Origin: Amoebidium appalachense
Lineage: Eukaryota > Protista > Ichthyosporea
Assembly (NCBI GenBank): GCA_963693365.1
Contig: CAVNZM010000013.1
Coordinates: 5,074,640 to 5,138,639 of the forward strand
Reading direction: 5' to 3'
Length of the DNA stretch: 64,000 bases
Within the stretch, counting starts at the first letter, position 1, and every line of letters begins with the position of its first letter. The notes under the pieces are model-generated. The model was not told the origin of the DNA, ran no database searches, and saw only the letters and a program-made list of their open reading frames with translations. Positions 14,014 to 26,731 of the stretch are shown here, one piece after another. Both the position numbers and the translations under genes were made by a program.

Positions 14014-14903
14014 AATGTCTTCCTACATGTGCCCTTTTCCCTTTTAAGGTGATACGAAGAAGCCTTTTCCTCTGCCATGATATGAATAGTGTTATTGCAT
14101 CCACCGCATAGGGATATATACTAATAGTGTGATTCTGAACAATAAAGCATCATTAGTATGACATGGTAACTAAGTTACATGGATGTATTGTGTGCACTGG
14201 TGCACGGCAATAAGGACGAACTATTGTTGTTGTTTAACCCGTACATGCCACAGCAATCACACAACACAAGGATGGATGATGTATGACAATAGCCTGACTG
14301 TTTTCTTTCACGCCAACCCATGGGAATATCGTGTGCAATAAGTGATTGCAATTGCCCCTGCGTACTTACTATATGGGTTGTGCCAGTGGTGAGTGGATGT
14401 TCATGGATTGGCAAAGTGTATGCAAAAAGGTGCATGGAAATATCCGGGTTAAACTAAAGAAAAACACAACACAAAAAAGAATTTTCCAAGCACATAAGTC
14501 CATACACAGGAAGTCCCTTCGCACCTGATTGGACAAAACACGATCCGATGACGTAAATCAGGGGAGAACGATCCGATCCCCAAGCGACATAAAGAGGCCG
14601 TCAGGCCCCTCTAGCGGGGTGTTGCCCCCCCATTTAGGGCCCAGACACACATGGGGTTATGGTTATTGGGTTAATGTTTTTATTTTGGTAATTTATTATC
14701 AAATATTGTAAGTTTTAGCCAGTTATGCTCCGATCTCCCTCATGATACCTAGGGGCTTCCTTCGTATAGACCTACCTCTTTTCCAAGCGGTGTGTGTGTG
14801 TGTGTGTATGTATGTGTGTGTGTGTGTGTGTGTATGTGTGTGTGTGTGTGCGCGCGCGCGCGAGTGCGCGTGTGCGTGTGTTTGTGTGTGCGTGCGCACG
14901 TGT

Positions 14904-14952
<49 letters not shown>

Positions 14953-16074
14953 CGTGTGTGTGTGTGCGCGTGTGCGTGCGTGTGTGTGGTGTGTGTGCGT
15001 TGGGGTGGGGGCGGGGGGAGGAGGGGGGGAGGGGGGGGGGGGGGGGACCTATGGGATGTGTGACAAGTTGATAAAAAAGCTGTGCAGGTTCCTTAATAAT
15101 TTCGCCGTTCGTTTTTAAGATTCGGCACACGTGCATGAGGTGCTAATTAAACGAGAGGGAGAAAGGGGCACGGGGGCTCGGGCCTGGGGACAGATGAGGT
15201 GGTGGTGGTGGTGGTGGTGGTGGCCCCAGGGGGGGGGGGGGGGGGGGGGGGAGGGGGGAAGGGAGGCTTAAGCCCCCTGCCCCATATGCATCCTTTTATG
15301 CTCTGCAGCACATAGTAATTCCAAGTTGATTTTAAAAGTTGCATGTTATCAGTGTTTTTTGCAGAATAATTATTCCGTCGTCCACCATGAATACTTTTGG
15401 TTACAGCAGAATTATAACGGAAGTTCCTACTTTTTCGTTTGTTATATCATTAATTCTGCCTGCTGCAGTTGCTAGATCTAGAATCATTACGAATTTCTGC
15501 TCGCTTTTTTTTCGGTTCGAAGCTAAATTCCAATATAAAGTTTTTTATTTGCAAGATGCCTTTTTTCGAGTTGTGGTGCAACCAGAAGTGGATTAAAGCC
15601 CCCCCCCCCCCCCCCCCCCCCCCCCTCCCCCCTCCCCTCCTACTTTCTTTTCAGCTTAATATCCCCCGGCCTCGGTACTGTACATAGGCCCTCACAGCTA
15701 TTCTAAATTAGGAATCCAAAATTAATTCGCGCCATTATTTCACAAGTGATTAACCGTCATGGGGAGCCACTGTACAGACATTTCTGTACGATATATAGAT
15801 AGCGGTTGCACATCGAAATCCGAGCGTAGCTCATGTGAGTCCATCCATAAATATTAGTGGTCCACAATTGTTCAGCAAGAAGTTCAACGGTGCCACGTGG
15901 GCCGGTTTATTTATGTCAATAAACTTTTTTTACGGTCACACACCGCGCCGGTGGTGTGGCACACAGAGGCCAAACTCTGCAAGTGGCGATAAAAATATCT
16001 GAAGCATATTCCTACTTTTTCCTTAGTTTTATAAACTACACTGAGCCTTAGTTGTTCTCATGCATATATTGCGG

Positions 16075-17370
16075 CTATGCAAACAGTGTCTGAGTGATGT
16101 CATTGTAGTAGGGGCCGGTGTGGAAGGCCATGGGGATGGCCACGCGTGGGGCCGTAGGGTCGTCCAGGCGCAGCTTTGTGAGGTCGACCATCTGCATATT
16201 GCGCACGGCTGGTGTGGAGAAGTACAGCCGCCGGGCGCTGTGGTCGCGCACAACGGTCCAGGCCGAGGTCCATTCGTCGGCGCCCTTGGCCAGCGCCACG
16301 CGCCCAATCATGGCTGTGGCCGCGCTCACGTGGTCCACGGCCGGGTCGCTGGACACGTACGACGGCAGGTGGGGCCCCAGCGCCCCGGCCCAGGCCCCCC
16401 CGCTGCGCACGGCACTCTCCTGCAGCATGGCCATCTGCACCAGCCGGTCCTCGGGGGTGGTGCCGCCGGCACCGTGCATGGCCGCCTCCAGCGTGGCATT
16501 GGAAACCACCGCCACGTCCTCATAGTCAGTGCCGTTGAGCCGTGTCCGCAGCTCAGTGCGCATGGCCTCCCACGTGGGGTCGTTGGTCATGGTCATAACC
16601 TTGCGGCTGTCGTACATGCACACCCGCGCCCGGGACTCATGGGCCCTGCTGTGGATGGGGTCTTTCGAGGCAAAGCACTCGGGGCCCAGGGTGGCGTTCT
16701 GCGTGCCGATGAACTCCACCACCAGCGACTGGCCGGCTGTGTCGTGGAACTGCAGGTGGCCCCCCAGCCGGCCGCCACGGGAGGCAAAGATGTCCAGCTC
16801 GGGCAGGTGGCCCTCGGCAATCTGGTGGGTCTCAAACTGGCGGCGCACACAAGCCACCGTGTCGCACACGGCCAGCATGTACTTGACCAGGCTGTAGGAG
16901 CCCAGCACGGGCCGCGGGTCGGACTGCAGCGGCTTTTGGTATGTGGTGGCGTCCAGCAGCAGCATGGCGGCAGACAGCCCGGCCTCGTTGAGGCCGTCCA
17001 GGGCGGTGGTGGGCTTGCGCAAACCGTCCATGTACACGTAGCCGTGCACAGTGCTGACAGCTGGCGTGCTGTTGCACCAGTCGCAGCCCTTGACCGGCAC
17101 GAGCTCGGTGGGGGCGCCACGGGGCACGACGTTGATGTAGCTGTTGAAGTCCGGGGCGCCCCAGTCCAAGGTGCGGGCAGACACGTGGTAGTTCTGTGCC
17201 GTGGCATAGCGCAGCTTGAGCTCGCTGCAGGCTGTGGCACTGCCGACCGCCATGGCCAGAAGCAGCATCTGAAGACACACACGTGTAGTATTACTGTTGA
17301 ATGCAGCCTGCATAGGGTGCTGTACATGTGCACCTGTACTCGTGCCCTGCGAAGTCCTGCTGCCAGCCAT
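16075..17370 (-). CDS. Secreted N-terminal-nucleophile (Cys) hydrolase, choloylglycine hydrolase/penicillin V acylase (linear amide C-N hydrolase) family
   Basis: Uninterrupted GC-rich ORF. A signal-like leader ..MLLLAMAVGSATA is followed directly by Cys (17227-17229). Family motifs: SARTLDW, DGLNEAGLS, HLQFHDTAGQSLVVEF, VMTMTNDPTW, EDRLV, WTVVRD, RLYF. The true start Met is uncertain (MAGS, MQAA or MLLL). Confidence 0.88.
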   Translation of the reverse strand: MAGSRTSQGTSTGAHVQHPMQAAFNSNTTRVCLQMLLLAMAVGSATACSELKLRYATAQNYHVSARTLDWGAPDFNSYINVVPRGAPTELVPVKGCDWCNSTPAVSTVHGYVYMDGLRKPTTALDGLNEAGLSAAMLLLDATTYQKPLQSDPRPVLGSYSLVKYMLAVCDTVACVRRQFETHQIAEGHLPELDIFASRGGRLGGHLQFHDTAGQSLVVEFIGTQNATLGPECFASKDPIHSRAHESRARVCMYDSRKVMTMTNDPTWEAMRTELRTRLNGTDYEDVAVVSNATLEAAMHGAGGTTPEDRLVQMAMLQESAVRSGGAWAGALGPHLPSYVSSDPAVDHVSAATAMIGRVALAKGADEWTSAWTVVRDHSARRLYFSTPAVRNMQMVDLTKLRLDDPTAPRVAIPMAFHTGPYYNDITQTLFA

Positions 17371-17548
17371 GTTGCTGTTCTTATTGAGAGCGCTGATGGT
17401 GATATAATGGAGCTCGGGGCGAGGGAATTTCGTCTAAGAGCATAAGCCGTTTTGCGGACACGGACTCGGAAGTTGGATTCGGTGCAATGAGCTGTAGATC
17501 AGATGTGATTGTCGTTCGGAACTGTCCGCTGTGTGCAGAAAGCCCCTG

Positions 17549-17595
17549 TTTATATAAGCTCGGAGGTACTATTTTTAGTCGTCAATATTGATTGG
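17549..17595 (-). promoter_or_regulatory. Putative TATA and CCAAT boxes upstream of the intact hydrolase
   Basis: Minus-strand TATATAAA at 17549-17556 and CCAAT at 17591-17595, about 180-225 bp upstream of the ORF. Confidence 0.4.
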
Positions 17596-18695
17596 CTAGC
17601 GCTGCCTCAGCCACTAGCCAGGCCCTGCCAGGGCCCAGGGTTGAGATTTCGGTGAAAAATGGCCTTTGTTTTGGAGGTTGGAACTATTGACCCCCTTCCC
17701 CTCCAGTTAGGCTAATCCCCCCCTCGCCCTTCCCCCCCCCCTTTCCCCCCCCCCCCCCCCCCCCTTCCCCCCCTCCTCCTGTTCTCACCAATATAGCCTA
17801 CACGCATGTCCTGTGAACATATGCAGACTGTGGGCCCATCCATTGGCCAAGTTCCAACCCAGGTCCCAGACCGATCCCGGTGCCCGGGTTTGAATCGTTG
17901 CTTTTCATTGGATAAACAACACGGCCAATCGGATGTCGCCGGACACGTACATATTGGGCCTCATGAATATGATACTGCTGTTACACTGAACCTAGCGTCA
18001 CAAACACTGAACACGGCGCCGGCCGGCTCTTTCACCCACCCACCCCCTTCCCATTTACTCTCTTTATTGAAATCTCTCTTTTTCTCCATATCCCCCCCCT
18101 CTCCCCCCAACTCTCTCTACCTATCGCTTACTCACACACACACAAACACACACACCCAAATCCCTTTGCCACATGTACTGTGGAATGTACAAGTTGAAAT
18201 TTGGGTGACTGTCAAGAATCTGAGGAGGGTAAACTTTGTGTCCTATTGTGGGCGAGGCACCCCTGTAGGGAGGTGAAAAGAAATGCTATTGTTATACATG
18301 GGGAGCCTTGGGGGCGTATGTTCATGCAAAAGGATATGGAAATTTTTGTGGTTCTCCCATAACTTCTTTACTTGCAGGGTGCAGCTGGTTATGTACAGTG
18401 TAATATATCTAAGTTGTAACCTATTTATTTAAATTGTTGACAATTGACTGGACATGTGGGACTACAATGCGTATTAGTGGTGAAAACTTTTCCAAAGATA
18501 AACTCGACCAATTAACTTAGTTTTGGGGCGTTAATTTCTGGTTTTTTTTTTAAAAAAAAAAAATCTCTTTTTTGCAGCAGCTGCTGTCTTGACTCTTTGA
18601 TTTCGGACCAACACTTGAAGTCTTGAAACAGACAGCGAGGTTTGATTGGTCATACCTTGAAACTTGCCAATTTTTGGAGCAATCCCACTTCGTAG

Positions 18696-18757
18696 CCAAT
18701 CAGTCATCCAGATCTTGAAAGAATGCAAGGGGGTTGACCTCGCCCACATTATATAAA
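18696..18757 (+). promoter_or_regulatory. Putative CCAAT and TATA boxes upstream of the hydrolase pseudogene
   Basis: CCAAT at 18696-18700 and TATATAAA at 18750-18757, about 250 bp before the ATG at 19006. Confidence 0.35.
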
Positions 18758-19005
18758 GGATCGAGGTCGACCTCGACACAAAGGCATCGAATTTTGACAA
18801 CACGAAACATATCATTGCCACCTTTCCTCAAGAACGGCAGAGCAGGCATCCGGCTGAGCGCCAGTAAATCAAGCCGCCAAACAGTGCCAAACACTTCACA
18901 AAGAGTTATCCTCCAAATTTATATCTGCGGGCATTATTATAATATTAGGTACATATCTGCAATCAATATGGCCGAACGTTTGTCACACACACTGCGGGAT
19001 CCATC

Positions 19006-20199
19006 ATGGCAACCATGCGGCGTTTTTATGTAGCTGCAGCTGCCTCGAGTCTGTCTCCCAGCAGCCTTGCCTGCAGCGAGCTCAAGCTGCGCTACGCCAC
19101 GGCGCAGAACTACAGTCGGCGTCCGCGAATAAGAGACTCCACGAATAAGAGATCTAGCGCTACCAAAGTTGGGGGGACAATTATATGACATCATGGTTTA
19201 TTATAGAGTGACGTTATTTTCTCATGTGGAGGGAGTCTCTTATTCGTAGACGCCAAGTGTACCACGTGTCTGCGCGCACCTTGGGCTTCAACGAGGCCGG
19301 GCTGTCTGCCGCCATGCTGCTGCTGGCACCAACAGCCGCTGCAGTCCGACCCACAGCCCGTGCTAGGCTCCTACAGCCTGGTCAAGTACATGCTGGCCGT
19401 GTGCGGCACGGTGGCTTGTGTGCGCCGCCAGTTTGAGACCCACCAGATTGCCGAGGGCCACCTGCCCGAGCTGGACATCTTTGCCTCCCGCGGCGGCCGG
19501 CTGGGGGGCCACCTGCAGTTCCACGACACAGCCGGCCAGTCGCTGGTGGTGGAGTTCATCGGCACGCAGAACGCCACGCTGGCCCCCGAGTGCTTTGCCT
19601 CGAAAGACCCCATCCACAGCAGGGCCCATGAGTCCCGGGTACAGATGTGCATGTACGACAGCCGCAAGGTCATGACCATGACCAACGACCCCACGTGGGA
19701 GGCCATGCGCACTGAGCTGCGGACACGGCTCAACGGCACCGACTATGAGGACGTGGCGGTGATTTCCAATGCCACGCTGGAGGCGGCCATGCCCGGTGCC
19801 GGCGGCACCCCCCCCCCCCCCAGGACCGACTGGTGCAGATGGCCATGCTGCAGGAGAGTGCCGTGCGCAGCGGGGGGGCCTGGGCCGGGGCGCTGGGGCC
19901 CCACCTGCCGTCGTACGTGTCCAGCGACCCGGCCGCTTGACCACGTGACCGCGGCCACAGCCATGATTGGACGCGTGGCGCTGGCCAAGGGCACCGACGA
20001 ATGGACCTCGGCCTGGACCGTTGTGCGCGACCACAGCGCCCGGCGGCTGTACTTCTCCACACCAGCCGTGCGGAACATGCAGATGGTCTACCTCACAAAG
20101 CTGCGCCTGGACGACCCTACGGCCCCACGCGTGGCCACTCCCATGGCTTTCCACACTGGCCCCTACTACAATGACGTCACCTAGGCATTGTTTGCATAG
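19006..20199 (+). pseudogene. Inverted paralogue of the Ntn-hydrolase, pseudogenised
   Basis: Highly similar to 16075-17232 in the opposite orientation. Lesions: MITE at 19113-19259, in-frame loss of 57 codons (DWGAP...TALD, including the conserved Asp of RTLD), a small frameshifting deletion near 19327, a poly-C expansion near 19807-19821, and a premature TAG at 20182. Confidence 0.9.
19113..19259. mobile_element. 147-bp MITE of Tc1/mariner type with TA target-site duplication
   Basis: The empty site in the intact paralogue is CAGAAC-TA-CCACGTG. Here TA (19111-12) and TA (19260-61) flank the insert. The 28-bp TIRs are CAGTCGGCGTCCGCGAATAAGAGACTCC and, as reverse complement, CACTTGGCGTCTACGAATAAGAGACTCC (24/28 match). 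Confidence 0.92.
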
Positions 20200-20843
20200 A
20201 TAGGTGCAGGCTGTGACTGTATGTCATTTAATAATATCGTTCCCTAAATAAATATTTCTACATACTCAGAATGACTATATAACCCTATATAATTATGATG
20301 AATATATACGAAAGCTTAGTGTTGGACCTGCCCCCGCAGCCTGAGATTCATTTATTTTAGTAAGCTAGCTTATTATGTTGAACCTAATAAACACCATAAT
20401 AATATAAATAAATCGACTTGACTTTCAGTGTGTGCGATGAACATGCCCAACACTTTATCTATGTATACATATCATACTGAATCCAAACCTGACTGAAAAC
20501 TTACCACCAGTGCAATCCAGCATGTGCACGAGCAAATAAATGTACTATGAGGTGTGCGCCAATGATTCAGAATTCTCTGCAACTCCGGGAGGTTTGATTG
20601 CCGATCCGGAAAATGAAAGCATCGGAAGGGCAGAAGGAAACTTTGCTGAAACGTGTTTGCCATCTATTTCTTTCATAGAAGCACCCATGATAAAGTTAGG
20701 GAGGTGGGCGGAAGTTAAATAAATAACGTGTCTGCAGTAACTGTTTGTTTCTGTGCAAGAAGCGTTATGATAAAATAATGGGTAGGTGAGTGCCTGCAAT
20801 TGGAGACACATCACACATGCTTGGTCACCGTCGTGTCGCCAGC

Positions 20844-20851
20844 TGTGTGTG

Positions 20852-20929
<78 letters not shown>

Positions 20930-20948
20930 TGTGTGCGTGTGTGTGTGC

Positions 20949-21028
<80 letters not shown>

Positions 21029-21078
21029 TTGTGTGTGTGTGCATTTGCGTGTGTGTGTGTGTGTGTGTGTGTGCGTTT

Positions 21079-21130
<52 letters not shown>

Positions 21131-21220
21131 ACGGTCTGTGTGCGTTTGTGTGTGTGTGTACATTTGCGTGTGTGCGCGTTTGTGTGTGTGTGTGTGTGCG
21201 CGCGCGCGCGCGTTTGTGTG

Positions 21221-21266
<46 letters not shown>

Positions 21267-21353
21267 CACGGTCTGTGTGCGTTTGTGTGTGTGTGTACAT
21301 TTGCGTGTGTGCGCGTTTGTGTGTGTGTGTGTGTGTGCGCGCGCGCGCGTTTG

Positions 21354-21408
<55 letters not shown>

Positions 21409-21416
21409 TGTGTGTG
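20844..21416. repeat. Long compound (GT)n/(GC)n microsatellite with a higher-order duplicated unit
   Basis: About 570 bp of largely alternating purine-pyrimidine sequence. The interrupted block CACGGTCTGTGTGCGTTTG..TACATTTGCG..GCGCGCGCGTTTGTGTGCA occurs at about 21130 and 21267. Confidence 0.92.
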
Positions 21417-22172
21417 AGGTGGGCACTATATGTAGCCCAGTGGTGGGTGGGGAGGGGGAGGGGGGGGGGAATGAAAGCGGAGGATTTTTTTTTGGGGGGG
21501 GGGGAGGGGGGGGAGAGAAGGAAGAAGGGGGGGGGGGGGGGGGGGGGGAGAAGGAAGGGGGGGGGGGGGGGGGGAGTGTTGAGCCAACAGGCCCCCATTA
21601 CCTCAGTGACTTTAAGCCTTGGGCAATATGGCAGTGCTTCACTGGTGCTTGTTAGTGTACCCAGCAGAAGAGGGCACGCAGTGTGCCAGACAAGAAATAA
21701 TTGATAACAAAAAAAGCCTTTTTAAAAAGGCACAAAATATTTTCCGGAGAAAAAAAAAAAAAGGGGGGGGGGGGGGGGGGGGGGGGGGAGGGGGAGGGGG
21801 GGAGGGGGGGAGGGGGGAGGGGGGGAGGGGGGGGAAGATGCCGTGCGCGCCTTCCCTTTCCTCCCGTCTTTCCGGCCCTCTTCCCTTCCTCATAACTCCC
21901 TCGTGCACAGACGATGCGACACTGTAAAGAGAACCACCCACACACGAACGATATGATTCAATCAAATCTCCCGAACCCATGGGGCCTGCTTTTATATGAA
22001 GGGGTCCACAAATCAGAAATATTGATCTGGCACCAGGCACCAATCAAAACCGTGCAGATCTAATGTGGGTTAGCCTGATCCTTGTGGGTAGTCAGTCTAG
22101 AACCCACAAGTTTACTCCCCCCTCCCCCCCTCCGAGGCTCCCCCCCCCCCCCCCCCCCCACTCCCCCCCCCA

Positions 22173-22203
<31 letters not shown>

Positions 22204-23066
22204 AAAAAAAAAAAAAAAAACTTTTGTCTCCGAAGATTACGGGAGAGAATACGTTGTGATTCCTAAATTGGCATGTGTGCTTGTTCGCTGTTTGCGTCAA
22301 CAGCGGCTTTAAGGTGTACTAGCGAGGGGTGAGCGCAACGTTTGGCAGAGTCGCACGTACTTTCTCCTGCGTCTTGAGAAGGGAGACACTTACTCCTTAT
22401 AGGCCCTTAATATATTGTGTTATCTGGGCCCCCATGCATGTATGTGTGCAGTATTAAGACAGAAGACAGCCGCATGGTTCGTAGGCAACTTACCAAGACT
22501 TAGGCCTTAGGGGAAGTGTGTGATGTGACGGTGTGCTAGAAGCGTTTGGTGCTTAAAATAGCGCTTAGACTCTCCATGGTACTGTGTGTGTGTGTGAATC
22601 ATGTGTACACGTTTGTGTGTGTGTGCACGCATGCACACACGTGTGTGTGTGTGGGGGTGTGTGTGTGTGCACGCGTGCGCACACGCACACACGCGCGCGC
22701 GTGTGTGTGTGCGTGTCACGGTATGTGTGTGCACACGTGCATGCGGGTTTGTGTTGCATGTCGCAGCTGTATGGAATTTGCCGGATGGCCTTAGTTGAGT
22801 GTGAGCGGATGTGTGTAGTTATGTTTGCAAAGTTTGTGCGAATCTCTTTGGGTAGTTCCTACCATGAGTTGTTTTGTGTTTATGTGTCCTACTTTTATGT
22901 GGTAGGGAGACATAGAACTCTGTAAGGAGTCTTTTTTTGCGGGCTTTTTTTGTTAGCGCTTTTTGCGAGCACTACGCCCATTACCGGGGTTAGTTCGCTG
23001 AGCCAAAAAATGTTACCACCGTGCAAATTCGTCGTTGATCATGACCAGTTTGTGTGTTGGGATATT

Positions 23067-23112
<46 letters not shown>

Positions 23113-24205
23113 CCCCCCCCCCCCCCCTCCCCCCCTCCCCACCCTCCACCCCCAAATTTTAAAAATTGGGCACCCCAAACACAGGGGGCACACACACACA
23201 ATGGTGTTAATTTGAGCGTATATTACGTCAAACACGTTTTTCTCGACTCTACGAGAAACACAAATGGTTGGGGGGGGGGGGGGAAGGGTTTATGTACGTT
23301 GAGGCTGAGTGCGAGGCTTCGAGAAAACTATTGGCAAAAATCTGCTATTGAGCAAGCTAATTGCCGCAAAGTTTCTCGTTGCACGCGTTGTACAGGATTC
23401 GCCATGTATGGAGCTGCCCTTACAAGCCCTTATATGGTCATCACGTCATTGCATGGAAAACAATGATGATTCGCTCGATTTTCCTGTGTCGGCATGGGCT
23501 CGATTGCCGTTTGCAAAATCACGCCTGTAGAAATCAATACGACTCGACACCGCAAAAGGCACACATAGACCTTGGCGGCAGTTTGCAGCATTAGATGCCC
23601 CCTAATTAAAGGTCCCATAAAATGTTTATTTCAGTGCGCATCATGATGCAATTTCGTTAAGGTGGGAACCAGCCCCCACAGACTATTATGATATTACCAA
23701 ATATGTACATAATTGGGTGCCAGCCCAAGACTTTCGCCTACCAGCGTCACGTGATCACCATGTGGTGAGCCTCCAGGGCCCCCGAGCTTCTCATGGCTAC
23801 ACCTTCCTTGCCTCATTACCCAAATTACACTAACAACCAATGGTTGGTGTCCAACTAATTAGCTAATTAGTCATCAATGACAGGCGGCAACAACTTGCTA
23901 CAGCCAAATTAGTCCACACACGGCAACTACACGGAACTAAAATTACACTAGCACAAAATCATACGTAATAATTGGAAAATTGGAGCCCGAACCCTCCCCC
24001 CCCCCTTCCCCCCCCCACCCCCTTCCCTCCCCTGCAAAAAGTGTGTAACCAAAAAAAAACTAACTGATCATGAATAATCAACTGAAACACTAAACAATGA
24101 CGTCGTTCGTAGAAGAGAAAACTCAGGTGTATATTTCGCTCCCGGTCAAGGCTTTCCTCCGTACTTTGTTACCCACTTCAGTTTTTATAACAAAGTTTCA
24201 ATCAA

Positions 24206-24646
24206 TTAACATTGCGCGTTGAACCCGTTCTGATTAGCCTTTAGTAGCTGATCGCCGCTTTTCGCCGTAACCGCCCTTAGGCCTCCATCCCTGACCGGGT
24301 TTGATGGGCTGCGCACAGGCAGGCACGCACCAACAGCAATAGCGAAAATGTACACAGCGGCAACAAAGCCGCACCACCCGTAGAAAACGTAGTAGAGGGA
24401 GTCTGACGCGGTGGTCTGTTTGAGGCCAAAGTACATGGTCGCATGGGCAAAGATGACGGATAAACGGCCCATGTTTTGGTGTGTGACGGCCCAGATCTTG
24501 CGTGCGGGCTGTGGAGGGGAACGGAAATGTTTTAAAGATGTAAAGGACGAGGGGTCATAGACGGGGAGGGAAAGGGCAGATGGGGTTGTATGAGAAATGC
24601 TCAACATCGGGATATAAACCTTGTAAATCATCCGTATATCTAGCTC

Positions 24647-24683
<37 letters not shown>

Positions 24684-24791
24684 CTTGTTTTTCCTTCTTC
24701 GAAATTGTGTGTGTGGGTGTGTTAGAGGAGGGGGGAAGAGGGGGGAGAGAGAGATAGAGAGAGGGATATATGGATTTGGTGGAGGGTGGAT

Positions 24792-24840
<49 letters not shown>

Positions 24841-25403
24841 TGAATGCGTCAAAAAGTACGAAGTACACAAGAACAAACGGATAACACGATGCAGAATGCA
24901 AGCCATACATAAAGAGTATGCATAATAAGCATAGCCCATCCTCAGGGGGGGCCCACGTCATCCACAGTACCCGAGTTTCGACCTATTCACCTCGTTAACG
25001 AAACCCAACTCAGATACCGTTTCACTTGAACATGGGTAGGTCACCCGTCTTGATCAGAGACGAGCGGGGTTGCTTATGCAGGCAAGGGCAGTGGGAAAGG
25101 CCGGGGGTTAAAGTTGCAGCAGTAAGCAGAAGCAAGAAAAAGGGGGGGGGGGGGGGGGGGGGGACTTCAAAGGGAACACCTACAGAGATCCTTCCAGTAA
25201 ACTCCATCGGGTATGGCCTCTTCACAGCAAACAGTGCCTGCGCAAACACCAGTGCCAGGAAGCTGACACCCATAATCTGGTGTGTACCCGTGGTAAATCC
25301 GTCCACCTGCCTGTATGCCACCACAAATCCGGCCACTCCGAGAAGAATGGCGGCGACTTGGAACAGAAGGTGGAGCTTGAGCCAGTAGGTCGGTGCGCAT
25401 GAC

Positions 25404-25447
<44 letters not shown>

Positions 25448-25467
25448 GTGGTGGTGGTGGTGGTGGT

Positions 25468-25502
<35 letters not shown>

Positions 25503-25734
25503 ATGAGTGTATGTTAGTATAATTGTCAGCAGCCTAAAAAAAAAATGGAAAGAAATATATAAAACAGAGACTGTTTTTGTGCCACTGAGTTTCCTGGCAA
25601 ATCACAAGGAGGAATCAGCACCCACACTTACACACACCCATTCAACCACACACCCATGCACAGAAAGAGTGGGGAGCAAAACACAGCAACACACACGGAC
25701 CCACACATGCAGTAAGGGAGAAAAGGGGAGGGAG

Positions 25735-25812
<78 letters not shown>

Positions 25813-26334
25813 CCAACCTTCAACAGCCTCACAACCGCAATAGCCAAAGGCGAAGCGACACCCCAGGCCAAAAACATCAACAGGGCATGCTTTTTCATTG
25901 ATCCAACAGACGAAAACATCTCCCCGACACTTTCGCCTGCGTTCGCATTTGCTTTGGTATTGCTCCCGCCCGCATTCGTGTTCGGGCACGCGTTGAAATC
26001 GACCGTTGCGGAGCCAAAACGTGGGCCGTGATCGTTCAGTTTGCCGTTACCCCAAGCCCAAATCACGTACGTGCTGCCGTTCAGCTGTGAGGTAGAAATA
26101 GAAAACGTGAGTGGTTGTGCACACCTGTTTGCCTATGGGCGCATAAACGTATAAAAACAGGAGGAAGTTAGGTGGGGTGGGGAGGGCACTATGTATATTT
26201 GTATACATTGACTCGTATTGCTTTCTGACTCGCCCTACTCATCCCGCTATCATCCCCATCTGTTCATAGTGACAAAACATAAAGGAAAATGAAAATAAGT
26301 ACAAAAATGTAAGAAGAACCGCGCGCGCGGGCGT

Positions 26335-26370
<36 letters not shown>

Positions 26371-26479
26371 TGAAGTAGCTGTCATCACCCTCTGTGATTG
26401 TGCGAGTAAAATAGAGTGTCGTGTTGGCCCCCGAGAGACTCACGTTGGCGGCTGTAAGCTGGTTCTGTCTTGCCTGCGG

Positions 26480-26514
<35 letters not shown>

Positions 26515-26676
26515 AAGCATTGTTAGTTTTTCGCCGGACGCGGGGAATGGTGGAATGGTAGCATAGAAACATTAAGTTGGCCCAGCACATTGAATGGATC
26601 GCTTCTTGGGCAAGCAAACCATGATTACAACCTGCAGCTATCGGAAAGTATTAAAATGGTCAAGAGGACACTTTCT

Positions 26677-26731
<55 letters not shown>

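Noticed and set aside
16060-17445. 461-aa plus-strand ORF, and its counterpart at 19363-20154
   Set aside because: Antisense shadow of the GC-rich hydrolase; no motifs.
18531-18894. Short minus-strand ORFs between the hydrolase copies
   Set aside because: No recognisable family, and they overlap the putative promoter of the pseudogene.
22081-22110. Hairpin CTTGTGGGT..ACCCACAAG
   Set aside because: Isolated 9-bp stem; no ncRNA or transposon context.
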